Source: Rhina ancylostomus (taxonomy: Eukaryota). Taken from it: 64,000 nt of DNA. The notes beneath the pieces were generated by a model that ran no database searches, was not told the DNA's origin, and saw only the letters and a list, made by a program, of their open reading frames with translations. Location: NCBI GenBank assembly GCA_030265395.1, contig JARFYF010000056.1:17134107-17198106 (forward strand), written 5' to 3'. A program made the translations under genes and the position numbers. Shown here piece after piece: positions 25,847 to 39,057 of this stretch. Position 1 is the first letter of the stretch. Every line of letters starts with the position of its first letter.

Positions 25847-25987
25847 ACGCGACTAGAGGAGCTTCATCAGCTATGGGCCCGTCTGCTGGAGAAAATGAGG
25901 GAGAAGGGGATTCGACTTTTGCAGACGCAGAAGCTTGTGCAGTATCAACGAGAATGTGATGACGTCATGGACTGGATCAATGATAAG
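25847..25987 (+). CDS. SPTAN1: SPTAN1 exon 4
   Basis: ttcaag|TRLEELHQLWARLLEKMREKGIRLLQTQKLVQYQRECDDVMDWINDK|gtcagt; 141 nt. Confidence 0.96.
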
Positions 25988-26599
25988 GTCAGTGATATAT
26001 TTTAGTGTTAAGAATTGACGTTTGGTGTATCAAATTTTCTGCCACAGTAGGAGAAAATGTGCAGTAATTCTTGCTTTGTTCTTTATTCTACTTCACCTAT
26101 AACCAGTAACAAATGGCAAGCAGATTACTTGTGCACATTGGTAGGTTTTGTTAGGTACACTCTTCAAGATTAAAGAATGTTTATTCACACTCAAAATACT
26201 TGGGTCAATCAAAGTTAACAGATCAATGGGATTGGTGTCAAGAATCTCTTGTGCATAAATAATCAGTACACCATTAGATTTTTTTATATGTGTGTGTATA
26301 TATGTATGTATGTATGTTTAACCCAGAAGTGTCCAAGTTATCCCTTGGGAACCTAGAAAATGATTATAAGCAAAAGACCCACATTTTCACACATCTATAT
26401 TGAAATGTTGGAAATCCTTTGAGTATTAAGTGGCAAATGCTAGTTTTAAAATCAATGTTTTATAATCTCTGGATGGTTCCAAGTGAAGCATAAGAAATAC
26501 TTTTTTCTTAATTTGCATTATTTTCAAGTATTGAGGTTACTTTTGACACATTTTGGTTCAAATTGGCATTAAGAAATTAGGTTTGTGCTGACAATAAAT

Positions 26600-27840
26600 G
26601 ATTAGAAACAGAAATTAGGAGGAATAGACCATTCAGACCTTCAAATCTGCTCCACTGTTTAATATGATTGCAACTAATACCCAGATTCAGTACCCTATAT
26701 CTGCTTTCTCCCCTTAATCCTGTGATCATTTTAGCCATTAGTTTTGTATTTAACTCCTCGAATATATTTAATGAATTGACCTCCATGGATGAAGAAATTC
26801 TTCCTCAGATCCCCTCTAAAACAATATCTTTTATGAAGGAAAAGTCTTCTACTATCCACCCTATCTGTGCACCGCATCATTTTGTAGATCTCGTATCAGG
26901 ACCCCCTCGGCCTCTTCCAGTCCAAGGAGATATACAGCCTATCCAATTTTTTTTTATACCAAAATAAACTTTATTCATAATAAAAGACCAACATTATACA
27001 NNNNNNNNNNNNNNNNNNNNNNNNNNNNNNNNNNNNNNNNNNNNNNNNNNNNNNNNNNNNNNNNNNNNNNNNNNNNNNNNNNNNNNNNNNNNNNNNNNNN
27101 ACCGAGCCCTTGCGTTGGCTGCGCCCAGCTTCAGGGCGTCCCTCAGCACGTACTCCTGCAGCCTGGAATGTGCCAGTTGGCAGCATTCCCCTACGGACAT
27201 CTCACAGTGCTGGGAGACCAACAATTTCTGGGCAGACCAAAGGGCGTCTTTCACCGAATTGATGACCCTCCAGCAGCAGTTGATGTCCGTCTCTGTGTGC
27301 ATCCCTGGGAACAGCCCGTAGATCAGAGAATCCTCTGTTACGCAGCTGCTGGGGATGAACTGGGATAAGGACCCCTGCATCTTTTGCCAAAATGTCCTCG
27401 TAGCTGGAATGCTCTGTCCCAGGCAACACCCTGGTTAATCTTCACTGCACCCTCTCCAGCACTATCACCATCCTTCCTATATTATGGTGACTTGAACAGT
27501 ACACAGTACTCCAGTATTGTGCACATTATACTCAACTAACAGTACACAATACTCCACTAACTAATATTTTATATAGTGTGCCGTTACCTCCTTGCTCTTG
27601 TATTCTGTGTCCCAGCTAATGAAGGCAAGTATCCACATGCTGTCATCACCACCTTGTCTACCTTTGCTGTCACCTGCAGGGATCTTAGGACTTGTACACT
27701 GAGGTCTCTCTGTTCCTCAATGTTCTCTAGGGCCCTACTGTTCATTGTGCATTGTCATACTCTAATTAGTCTTCCCAAAGTGCAACACCTGATACTGTCA
27801 GCATTAAATTCCATCTGCTGTTGCTCTGCAATCCTACTAT
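26600..27840 (-). mobile_element. CR1 LINE 3' portion interrupted by a nested Tx1-like element
   Basis: CR1 antisense sequence ...agcctatccaat resumes near 27393 as tcctcgtagct...ggcaacaccctggt; MEFNADSIRCCTLGR on the minus strand. Confidence 0.7.
26947..27392 (-). mobile_element. Tx1/L1-clade LINE 3' end
   Basis: Open minus ORF LIYGLFPG...WRVINSVKDALWSAQKLLV...RLQEYVLRDALKLG; AATAAA on the minus strand at 26970-26975 and poly(A) at 26947-26955; 100-N gap inside. Confidence 0.7.
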
Positions 27841-27859
27841 CTGTCATTTTCTGGGAGGT

Positions 27860-28400
27860 TATTTGTGAAAACAAGTATTTGTGCAATTCGTCTGGGATTT
27901 CTTTGTTCCCCATTATAAATACCTCTGTTTCTGACCTTAAGGGACCTATATTTGTCTTCACTGATGTTTTTCTCATCACACACAATCTTTCATAATGATC
28001 TTATGTTCTCTCAAAACTTTGTTTTCCCACTTTTAATTAATCCGATAATTCTCTATTTGGTTTTAACTGACAACAGTTCTCTGGTCCACTGCTTTCTTGG
28101 ACCAATTTATATCTTGGATCTAATAATATCCTTAATTTCCCTTGTGGGAAATTATGGTTGAGCCACTCTTCCTGTTTCATTTTTGTCACAGTTAGGAGTG
28201 AACAATTATTGTAGTTCACTTGTGCACTCACATGTTGACCATTGTTGATCCACCACACACCCTATAAGTAAGGTTCCTTGAGCTGTCTTTGCTAATTCTT
28301 GCCTCATACCATTGTAACTTATAAAATTTAGATTCGGGACCCCTGTATCAGAATCCATTATATCACTCCCCATCTTAACAAAAGATTCTGTTGTATCAGA
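27860..28400 (-). mobile_element. CR1 LINE fragment (EN-RT linker region)
   Basis: KTNIGPLRSETEVFIMGNKEIPDELHKYL on the minus strand. Confidence 0.65.
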
Positions 28401-30030
28401 AGGGACAGTGAATAGTAGTTTTTGACAAATTACCATCCATTCAACTGAATTAAAGATGGCCATTTTCATAGTCACTGAGGGCACAATGTTCCATCATGTA
28501 TTGCTGCATCAGCCTCTCCATGTTAGAGTGATATGCCCAAACAGAGAGAGCTATATGTTGTAAGATGGTCTGATTGCCAATGGAGATGAAACTCCTGTAA
28601 GAGTCAGTGGATGGAGAGAAAAGTTTATAACATCAATGCTGGAAAGAGGATATTCACCAAATCATGTCCGTGCTAACTTTTTGAATAGCAATCCGGTTAG
28701 GTCAGTTCACCACCTCTGTTCCCATGATACTTTAACTTGTCTACTTTTGAAATATTTGTCCAAATCACAAAAATGTTTATATACATGTCAGTCCATCAAC
28801 TATTTCACTCCTCCTGTTTGCCATCTTAATGATGCAAGTTAGTTAATTCCTTATGTTGTACTGCAATGTCATTTGACAGACTTGGTTCTGATCCTGTAGC
28901 AGCTATTTCCTGGCATGTCTCTCTTTGCTGCATCTTTGGTGGGGCTTTTGCAGAGTTTTTCTTCCCATATCCCACATGCAAAATTCTCTTTGGGGGAAGG
29001 TCAAAGATCTGATGTGCATATCTGATCTGAGCCCGAAAATGCAAACAAATGAATTACTTTGTTAGCCCCACAGATCAGCAGCATGGTACACCTTGTGCCA
29101 TTCTTTGTCTGTGTCCTTGTTCTCAGGACAAAACTGATGTAATTAAGGAAGTTCTAGACCTGTATTTTGAGACCATTTTTGTAATTTGCTGTTGTAAAGG
29201 GAAAAACTGTTGATAATTTCACTGAATAGAGTGGGATTTCTGAAGTGTGATGGTAGTAGTATTGTTCTGATTGAGGTATTTCAATAACTGTTGCCATATC
29301 TTTACAGGCTCAGAGCTTTTTGTAAAAAAACGATTTATTTATAGCACGGTAGCAGGCCTTTCTGGCCCAATGGGTCTGCACTGCCCATTTAAACTCATGT
29401 TAACCTACTCGTACTTCTTTGGAATGTTTCTGTTTCTTTAAGTGGAATTGATTTTCTATATTGATGAAATGTTTAATTCCCTCTGTGCTGGTTAATGTAG
29501 TTAACAAAAACTACTTTGCTATCTTAATCTATTATGGATAACAATTGTTTTAATACTGATTCTTTTACTAATTTAAATTTACGAAAATACAATGCATTAA
29601 AAAGGGAAATTAACTGTAGTCATAATTGGGACTACTGACTTGACTTTAGTGTTCGAAATTGTGCTTTGTGTACTTGAATAACAGTATCATTAGTACCCTG
29701 GAGTTTCACAAGTTTTGGTGTTGGGATCTAAAATCGATTCCTCATGGCTGGTATGGATCTGCACAACAGATAATCTGATTAACTGCTTGAGTTTAAGCTG
29801 AGCCTAGACTCAGTTAGTAGGTTAAGATGAACAAAAGACTGGCTTGGATTTTTTTTTTAAGTGAGCGACAAATCATATTTTTAATTAATAGGTTCAAAGC
29901 CACTTGAGTTTTCTCTTTTAGTGTTGCATAATTTTTCTTGATGAATTTGGATTAAAATATTGTTTAACATAATGTAATTTTAAAATACAAAAGGAATTAT
30001 TTTAAGTTCATTTGAATTTCCAACATTTAG

Positions 30031-30177
30031 GAGGCCATTGTGACATCTGAGGAAGTTGGCCAGGACTTGGAGCATGTGGAGGTGTTGCAGAAGAAATTTG
30101 AGGAATTCCAGACTGACCTTGCAGCTCATGAGGAGCGTGTTAATGAAGTTAATCAACTAGCTGGAAAACTGGAGCAG
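30031..30177 (+). CDS. SPTAN1: SPTAN1 exon 5
   Basis: atttag|[49 protein letters not shown]|gtctga; 147 nt. Confidence 0.96.
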
Positions 30178-31061
30178 GTCTGAGAAAGCTTTTTCAATTT
30201 AAGAATAGATTGGCTATTTATCTATAGTTCTGCTATGAAGCTAAATTTACACTGCAACTCTGGATAAAAAGGAGAATTATTCATATGCAAGGCAGTGGGC
30301 AATTTGCAATTTAGACTTGGCACAGCGCTGAGTAAGACACTGCTGGAACTGGGGTAATAAATTGTTCAGAACATTTTGTAAGGCTCCTGTAAGTGAGTTT
30401 ATATGGACTGATGATATGGACAAGCATGCCAATGCAGTTGTTATTAATGGGTGCGGTGGAGGGGAAATGCCAGCTGTTGTTTTCTGAATTACTGCCAGAC
30501 AGCTGCGAGTCAGAAAGAGGGGACATAGAAAAACATTGAATTTCAATTGATTAATTATGTGTAGGAGATATCCGTTGTACAATATCTCTTGTATTCTTCT
30601 CACAAATTCTTCAGATCCTTGCCTCATTCTCTTGAATTTGCTCGTGATCGTTTGCCCATATGGTGTAACTTCTTGTTCACAGCTGATGTTTTTATTGACT
30701 CTTGTGGTGTAGCATTACACCCAATTGCACTGTTGCATTTGTGTAACAATATAAAATAACACTTTATATTTCTATTATTGCACTTTGCTATTTGCTCCTT
30801 TTTAATGAATTTTCAAATTAATGGATTTCATTTTAAATTTAATTAAAACCTCTGGTAAAATCTAAGTTCAATTATCTGCAGTAAGAGTTTATCTTTTAAT
30901 CATTCAACATGTATCTCAAATCCCCCATGGAAATTCTGCCCCATGATATTTTGGATTGTAACATGTACACAGTTTATTTTTTGGTGTGTTTCCTTTGGAA
31001 AGTAATATAAGCACTAGGAGAGAGATCCATTAAATGTCATCATGCTATTATTTTTCTATAG

Positions 31062-31195
31062 GAGAATCACCCTGAGCTGGCACTTATCACCCATCGTCAG
31101 GATGAGGTGAATAGTGCTTGGCAGCGACTCAAGGGCCTGGTACTACAACGACAAGGAAAACTTTTCGGAGCCGCAGAAGTACAGCGTTTCAATAG
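31062..31195 (+). CDS. SPTAN1: SPTAN1 exon 6
   Basis: ctatag|[44 protein letters not shown](R)|gtgggt; 134 nt. Confidence 0.96.
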
Positions 31196-31635
31196 GTGGG
31201 TCTGATATGACCTGGCATAAAAATATAGTACAAGCTTGCTGAATGGTGAGAAGGATTTCACAGATTCCATTAATTCTTAATTTGATTTGAGGACACTCTA
31301 CATTGTAACGTGCCTTATTTAAGACCAGTCAGTTTAATTTTCAACTAAGACTCTGCAGGAAGGTAATTTGTTCTTTTGAAAAATTAAAAGCCTTGTAAAA
31401 CTTCTCCTTGTCTACATTCCATACTCATTTATTATTTCAGTTGGACACAAAATGAACAGAACCCTCTTTTCAATACCTCAATGCTTTTTGCATCATATTA
31501 AAAATAATTTGCATTGTAATGTATTTTAAAGCACTTTTGGTGAAAAATGGTGTCTGAACTTTGAATGGAAACAAAAGAAAGTTTAAATTCATCTTGCATT
31601 TCAACTTCTGACTAAATGCTTATTACAAATTATAG

Positions 31636-31780
31636 AGATGTGGATGAAACAATTAGTTGGATTAAAGAGAAAGAACAGCTAATGGCTTCAGATGATTTTG
31701 GACGTGACCTGGCTAGTGTGCAAACACTTCTCCGTAAACATGAAGGCTTGGAGAGAGATCTTGCGGCTCTGGAGGATAAG
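31636..31780 (+). CDS. SPTAN1: SPTAN1 exon 7
   Basis: ttatag|DVDETISWIKEKEQLMASDDFGRDLASVQTLLRKHEGLERDLAALEDK|gtaata; 145 nt. Confidence 0.96.
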
Positions 31781-32215
31781 GTAATAGAAAGCTGACTAGA
31801 AATCTACAAATTATTTGTGTACTTTTAAAATGTCATCTTGGTTTCTGCATGATCATCGAGGGCTATTAGTACCTTCAGAAATAATGTTGTAATGTTCAAG
31901 CTTTTAAAGAAATTGAAGTCTGCAGTGGTAGTTTGAGCTGTTGGGAAGAACTCTTGGTGCCTCGGATCTATGGCAACAGCTATCCAATGTTGCAGTCTTG
32001 GTAATACTGTATTTTCGTTCCCTGTGCTATTAGAGTAAGATCATACATGTGAAAATCATCCCATTTGGTATGTAGAACAGTAATTCTTACTTTTTAAAAG
32101 TAATTAAAGATGTACTGTGTAGCTCATTAATTGTTATTTGGTGACATGTATTATGTTTCTCAAACATGAGCTGTATTAGGATTGCTATTTTAACTTTTTA
32201 CTGTTTTATGCACAG

Positions 32216-32370
32216 GTGAAGGCACTCACTTCTGAGGCAGATCGTCTGCAACAGTCACACCCACAGAATGCAGCCCAGATTCAGGTCAAACGAGAAGAGC
32301 TCATACAAAACTGGGAGCGAATCCGCACCTTGGCAGCACAAAGACATACAAGGCTGGATGACTCTTACAG
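32216..32370 (+). CDS. SPTAN1: SPTAN1 exon 8
   Basis: gcacag|VKALTSEADRLQQSHPQNAAQIQVKREELIQNWERIRTLAAQRHTRLDDSY(R)|gtgaaa; 155 nt. Confidence 0.96.
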
Positions 32371-33213
32371 GTGAAAGCAGTGGTGAATAGACCACGTANN
32401 NNNNNNNNGTTTCATTTGGACTGTAGAAGGAAATGAAATGAGAGTTTGCATAATATTTAGCTAAAATTACTATTCCTAATACCGAGCATATCTTGCAAAC
32501 CTTTTATTTGAAGTAACCATAAAAAGAGCTTCTGAATTCAAAATCCAAGTTTCATATTGACTTGGCAAAGTGATATTTTAATATTAAAGAATTCACGAGT
32601 ACATTTCTAGCACAGGATGATTAACATAGTTGCACTGGGTCGAGTACATCTGAAACCTATTTATCTCCTGAGCTTGATTATTCCCAAGTGCTCCCAGCTT
32701 GTCTCCCATCTACCGCCATTCAGTCTTGGGCTCATTCAAAGATTTGCTGCTTTTATTGAAGGCCTCACCATCATGCTGAGATATCAGTCTCTTTTATTTT
32801 TTATGTTGCCCAATGCCTAGTTTTGTTCTCATGTTTTCACCATTGAAGGCGAATCTTGCCCTTGCCTTATCATGAGCTCTACAACTCTAGTCTCCTGTGT
32901 ATCCTCATTCCTATTGTCAGCTGCTGCCCTTTGGAGCTCCTAAACTTGGGAATACATCCCTGAATCCCTTCCCCGCACTATTCTTAAAATCTTTCCTGTT
33001 TCCCTTAGCCTTTGTCTTAATTTCCTCCCTTGGTTACCTTGGGGTCATTTCTTTGAATGGGAATTAACAACTTGAATTAAGTAAACAAGACTTGAATGGC
33101 AACAATGCTTGATGAGTCAAATCATTTGGTTTTACAGAACAACATTCTGTGATGTTTGGAGAATTGCTCCTGAAAGTGACCAGAGTTTAGGACAATACTT
33201 TATTTTTTTCTAG

Positions 33214-33349
33214 GCTGCAACGGTTCCTGGCTGATTTCCGTGACTTGACAAGCTGGGTAACTGAAATGAAGGCTCTTATTAGTGCTGATGAATTGGCGAA
33301 TGACGTGGCTGGAGCTGAGGCATTACTTGATAGACATCAGGAACATAAG
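33214..33349 (+). CDS. SPTAN1: SPTAN1 exon 9
   Basis: ttctag|[45 protein letters not shown]|gtgatt; 136 nt. Confidence 0.96.
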
Positions 33350-33941
33350 GTGATTCTAATCATTCTACATACATAGGCTTGTTAAGAGATGAGAAAAGTC
33401 AACTAAATATCTGGTTCAAATGCAATGCCAATATAAGATATGATGAATTGTTGAAGTGAAGGGCGTACATGAGCGCATTGTCATACTGATTGCCTTGTCC
33501 ACTCATTTGTACTGACTTACATAATGTAACCACCCTTGTACTACTATCAGATACTTGTGTATTTTCTGGCCTACCTGAATATGGCATCAGGCTGCTCTTT
33601 TTGGTATCAGTACAGTAGTTGTGATGCCTGATTGATTTTAGTTGTCATATACTTGTTTATTCAAGTGCAAAATATTTATGATTGGAATTACTGTCACCTT
33701 GTATTGCTATTAAGTTTGGAGATGAACTGGCTGTTTCCAACTTTGCTATTTCTAGACCAGTTTAGGTTTTTTGATTATTGGATTCCATTCACAAAGTGCA
33801 GATGGAGAGATTCTGCCTAGATAATGACAATGTCATTGGGAAAAATCAATAGAAGCAGATTGTAAAATTCTTCAGGAGCATTTTAATGACCTGAACAGAA
33901 AGGAACTTGAAATTTACATATTTGAACATGGTATTTTTAAG

Positions 33942-34043
33942 GGTGAAATTGATGCTCATGAAGACAGTTTCAAGACTACTGATGAGGCGGGACAGGCCCT
34001 GCTTGCTGGTGGGCACTACGCATCTGATGAAGTCCGAGAGAAG
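33942..34043 (+). CDS. SPTAN1: SPTAN1 exon 10
   Basis: tttaag|GEIDAHEDSFKTTDEAGQALLAGGHYASDEVREK|gtatgg; 102 nt. Confidence 0.96.
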
Positions 34044-34964
34044 GTATGGTCCCCGATTTGAAACGCTTAGTATTTCCTGCTTTTAGCAGTGGCAACAAAA
34101 CTCTGTTTTAAGGATGGGAGGACTTTTATATGAAGCTGATTAGGAAATTGCCATGTTTATCCTTTTAGAATTATTTGAATCTTAATGAGCGTTCCTTGTT
34201 AGTTTTGTCAACCGGTAGGATCAGTGAGAAATGTTCCCTTTTCAGGACAATTGAAACCAACCAATTCCTATTAATTTTTTTTGAATTCCTTGACTGGGTG
34301 AGAATGGACAATGTGAAAAATTTTCCTTGATTGATTGTACTAACTGTGTAATATAGTAAAAGCTGGAACTTTAATATTGGTGACTAAGTACAACAGTCAG
34401 TTACTGTATTACCTTTTTCGTGCTTGTTGATGAATTTTGGCCCACATGGTCTTTTAGTCCAGGTGGACAGAAAGTGTACATGGAAATTGGTTTTAGTTAC
34501 AGCTTTTAAAACCTTTGTATCTCCAGGGCATGTCCAATTAAGTGTTGATTGGACCCATATACCATCTTGCTTGATGGCCTATAGATTTGCTGAATCATGG
34601 CAGGGGCAATAGTCTTACTGGTTCCTTGCTATCCAATGAGAAGGTGATTAGCTATGATTCATAACTTGCTCTGAATATGTTGTTTCTTCAAAAGAAGTCT
34701 TAAACATGTTATTGGGAATCTAAAAATATAAATGACTTTACTGTTTTTAATTCCGATCTGAAGCCATGGATCCCTTCATACTATGTCAAAAGTGATTAGT
34801 TGTCTGAAAAGTGCTTTAAGATGTCCTAAAAGAAATGTGAAAGGTGCTGTTTAAATGCTTCGCAATCAATGAGCACTTTGGGTGGTAGCAAAATTTGAAA
34901 AGCGGGATTGGTGATCAACTGAAATAAACTGACCGGATCTGAATTTAAAATGGTGTTAAAAGTA

Positions 34965-35780
34965 GTCAGCTGGCCAGGCAATATCTGTGAATTGAAAAAC
35001 AGAGATAACATTTCAGATCAGAAAAACCTGATGCTGTCTGACCTGCTGAGTTTTCCCAGCATTTTTTTTTATTTGGAATGGCTAATAATTCTGGATGATG
35101 AAAATGTTTGTTGATTAAACATATCTTAAGCAAGTGTAAGCTTGTAAAGTGGGGAGTACTGGAAGGAAGTGAGATGGTAGACAAGTATAATTAAAATGCG
35201 GAAATAATGATTCAAGGCTAATATGAATAGTAAAGAAAGAAATGATGGGTCTAAATAATTGCTCATGGATGATACGTGAAATATTTGGACTGGTAGTTAT
35301 GGTCAGAATTTGCTGAACTTGGTATTGAATCCTGAGGACTTTAATCTGATGTGCCTAATTGAAAACAAAATAGGTCTTGTTTCTTGAGTTAAGCTGCTTT
35401 GGAACTGTGTAGGAGGCTGAGGATGGAGAGCTGATGAGAGTGTGGAGAATTTAGAATGAGATGGACAGGTGCTTGCAAATGAATGGAGGTGTACTACTCA
35501 ACGATTAGTCAATTGGCATTTAATCTCCACAAAGTTAAATCAATTGCAACAAAATTTGGAAAAAAAAGTACAAGTGCTCACTGTTTCACTAAGAAGAAAT
35601 ATTTGAGGCTCTGAATGGTGGGAAGGGAAGAATAAAATTTTAGGTTTTTCATTTCCTACACATGCACAGGAAGGTGCTATGGGACACAGTGGTTTTAGAG
35701 TTGGTGATTTTAGTGCCACTGGGAAAGGGGAAGTGAGGATAAAGGATGACAAACTGACGTCATGCTTGATCTGGTCAGGG
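34965..35780. mobile_element. Penelope-associated repeat remnant
   Basis: ggcaatatctgtgaa..aaacagagataacatttcag...gatgctgtctgacctgctgagttttcccagcattt, followed by decayed purine-rich body. Confidence 0.5.
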
Positions 35781-36071
35781 TGGTGGTGAATGTTCGTGGC
35801 TGGATGTTTGTTATATCAAGGTGATTATAGCATGGCACTTTACGTCACAGGCTTGCCCCCTCTGAGTAGGGAGCAGAGTTGAACATCTAATTGCCTTTGT
35901 ATTGTTCTGTTCTATCTAATCTGGGTTTTAACTTGGTGCATTACTGAAAATTACATTTTTTTAGATATGCAAAATTTGGCTTTCTGTGAATTCAAATAAT
36001 GATGAAGGTTTATATCATTTGTCTGTTTAAGTTTGAAGCTAAAGATTGTAAATTTCTCTTTTATTGCTTAG

Positions 36072-36209
36072 CTGGGAATTCTTGCTGAGGAAAAGGTTTC
36101 TCTCCTAGACTTGTGGGAGCTCCGTAGACACCAGTATGAGCAGTGCATGGATCTACAGCTCTTCTACCGTGACACTGAGCAGGTGGATAACTGGATGAGC
36201 AAACAGGAG
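36072..36209 (+). CDS. SPTAN1: SPTAN1 exon 11 (GC donor)
   Basis: gcttag|LGILAEEKVSLLDLWELRRHQYEQCMDLQLFYRDTEQVDNWMSKQE|gcaagt; 138 nt. Confidence 0.95.
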
Positions 36210-36329
36210 GCAAGTTAACTTCCTTAACTACTGGTTCACTTTTAAACCTATGCCCCCTAGTTATTGCTAAATAATTTTGTAATTTTCCAGTTGACTCTTC
36301 AACTGCAGCCAAGCCAATTACTTCTCTAC

Positions 36330-36930
36330 CCTAACGTTCCAGATCTGTGGCAACAGCCATTTCAATACTCTCTCTGGTCCTATCACTTGTAATATGGTGG
36401 CCAGAATTGTACTCTAGCTAGCCTTTTTCTAGTTTTGCAGAATTTCAGCATGATATACCTGCTTTTGCCTTGGCTAAGAAAAGTAAACATCCCATATACT
36501 TCCTTAATAACCTTGAATGCTTGACCTATTCTTGGGGATTTGTGGACTTGCACTTGTAGGTCTCTCTTCTACTGCACTTATCAATATTCCACCACTTTGC
36601 ATGAGCTTTCTTGCTCTGCCCAAATGCATTACTCTGTATTTCTCTGGATTGAATTCCATTTGCCACATTTTTAAACAAAAAACCTTCCTGACCAATCCAT
36701 TGGTATACTCTTTGCAGTCTAAAATTGCGTCTAAAACTTTCTTCTTTACACTCAGCCATCATATCAGCTTTGGTATCATCTCCAAATGTCTTGATCATGG
36801 CTTCTTCATTTACATTCAGATTATTAATATACACCAGGAGAAGCAAGCACCTTTCAGTGCACCATGTGTGGAATCTCATATCAAGCAGCCTTCCAGTCAT
36901 CAGTCACCCTTTGGTTTTTGCCTCAAGCTA
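36330..36930 (-). mobile_element. CR1 LINE RT fragment
   Basis: VYINNL...IKTFGDDTK (decayed YINDL...KFADDTK) and WQMEFNPEKYRVMHLGR. Confidence 0.8.
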
Positions 36931-37736
36931 TTTAGACCATAAAAGGGCCCTGTTTTCCCTTTTTCCTTTTTGGGCATTTTCTTTGATATTTGCCTAATTT
37001 TTTTTTCATGCATATACTTTCCAAATTTGCTCTTTAAAATCACTCATGCACTTTCTGTGCTCGGGCCTTCATGAAATATTGAGCTGCCTGTATCTTAAGC
37101 TTTGTCTACCCTATTTTGTTATGCTCCTTGAAGCCCAAGAGCTCTAGATTTGGGAGCTCCACCCATTTTTCTTTAGTAATAGTCAGAACAAATATGTTTC
37201 ACTCTGAACTCCTCTTACCATCCTGACAGTGATTTGCTTTCAACTGTTTTCAGTCCATAAAATCACATATTGACACCTGTATTTTGAATGAATAGTTGAA
37301 AGGTGTGGTCCTCAACTGCAAGTTATAGGTTAAGTTGTAGAATAGTGAATGGATGACTTCAAATATGAATCTTTTCAAATCAGAATATTGTAGAAGTCTT
37401 GCTGCATAAGCAGCAGGATAGCATTGTAGTTTTCTATTACCAGTTCATGTGAAATGAATTCACCCTTTCTATACATGGTCCTCTCAAACCATAATGAATC
37501 AAATTTCATATATGTGGTTTAGCTGAACAAAATCCATCATTCCATCAGAAAAAATACAAAAGTATTAATTGTCATTTTGTCTACTAATGTCTTCAAATGC
37601 TGCCTAGAGCAATAATTTTGGAATACTAAGAGCTCTTGTATGTGCTGAAATATCTATTTCGAGGGGTAGGAACAAATACAGAGAATTATTTTCATGTGGG
37701 AATAACCATTTTGTTTGAACCTTTTTTCTTGCTTAG

Positions 37737-37847
37737 GCTTTCTTGTTGAATGAAGACTTGGGAGATTCACTTGACAGTGTAGAAGCACTTCTGAAAAAGC
37801 ACGAAGATTTTGAGAAGTCCCTAGGTGCTCAAGAAGAGAAAATTACG
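37737..37847 (+). CDS. SPTAN1: SPTAN1 exon 12
   Basis: gcttag|[37 protein letters not shown]|gtatga; 111 nt. Confidence 0.96.
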
Positions 37848-37929
37848 GTATGATTGGCAAGATTCTTCTGGTTCTTGATGTTCTTCATATGCACATGTTC
37901 TTTTTTTTTTGTAACNNNNNNNNNNNNNN

Positions 37930-38007
37930 NNATTGGAAGAATTTGCTACTAAATTGATTCAGAGTGATCATTATGCCAAGGAAGATGTTGCAGCGCGTCG
38001 TGATGCG
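37930..38007 (+). CDS. SPTAN1: SPTAN1 exon 13 (acceptor and first 2 nt hidden in N gap; start inferred)
   Basis: NNa ttg gaa gaa... = (A)LEEFATKLIQSDHYAKEDVAARRDA|gtaact. Confidence 0.9.
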
Positions 38008-38343
38008 GTAACTTTGCACTGCTTTATACTTTTAAATATCAGTGCTGATTTGTTTTGCCTTGAAAGATTTTTTAAATCTTGTAATTGGTCAATGAATATG
38101 GGATAGGCTGATCTTATCAACTTGTATGGCACAGAAGGGGGTACCCAGTATACCCTCAATATACAAGGGTATATTGAAAGAACTGTCTAATTATTTGCAC
38201 TCAATTCATTTTTCTCCATAGTTCTGCAATTTTCATTTGCAAGTTGCTAAGGAATCTATCCTTGTTATTCTTTCTGACAGTGCATTTTAGATTTTAACAA
38301 CTTGCTATGTGCTTCTCATATTCTCATTAACTTTGTGTTGTAG

Positions 38344-38499
38344 CTGCTGAGTCGCCGGAATGCTCTCCATGAGCGCGCCATGTATCGGCGTGTGGCGTTA
38401 GAGAACTCCTTCAGTCTGCAGCAGTTTTTCCGTGACTCGGATGAGTTGAAGAGTTGGATAAATGAAAAGATGAAAACTGCCACTGATGAAGCTCATAAG
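38344..38499 (+). CDS. SPTAN1: SPTAN1 exon 14
   Basis: ttgtag|LLSRRNALHERAMYRRVALENSFSLQQFFRDSDELKSWINEKMKTATDEAHK|gtgaga; 156 nt. Confidence 0.96.
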
Positions 38500-38852
38500 G
38501 TGAGATTGTACTGAATTGTCCAGTAGTGTAACATTATTGGTATACAATTTATGCTGAGCAAAATTTATGTATTAGGCAGTGTCTCCAGCACTGTTCTGAC
38601 ATCCTTCATTCTGGAGCAGCTTAACTTCACTGGATCTTAAAACAGTTTATATCTAGTTGTATTCTATTTAAATAGATTATTACCTAAAATTCTTATCCTC
38701 AGTTGGATTTTTTAAATGTTAAGAATTAGCTTCCAGTGGCTGCATGGTTAACTTTCAATGACTACATGGTTTATCTGAGATTTATTGGCATCAGTACAGA
38801 AGCATTTAAAACAGCTCTCAATGTATTTTGTAACTTTTTGATCTGGATCCAG

Positions 38853-39057
38853 GATCCTTCCAACTTGCAAGGAAAGGTTCAAAAACACCAGGCTTTTGAA
38901 GCAGAACTTTCAGCCAACCAGAGTCGCATTGACACTCTACAGAAAGCTGGACAGGAACTGATTGATGCTAATCACTATGCCTCAGATGAAGTGTCTGCTC
39001 GTATGAATGAAGTCATCTCTCTGTGGAAAAGACTGCTTGAGGCCACTGAAATGAAAG
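38853..39057 (+). CDS. SPTAN1: SPTAN1 exon 15
   Basis: atccag|DPSNLQGKVQKHQAFEAELSANQSRID...WKRLLEATEMK(G)|gtcagg; 205 nt. Confidence 0.96.

Noticed and set aside
28826-29110. Possible RTE-like C-terminal remnant
   Set aside because: Similarity (LPPKRIL) is too weak to call
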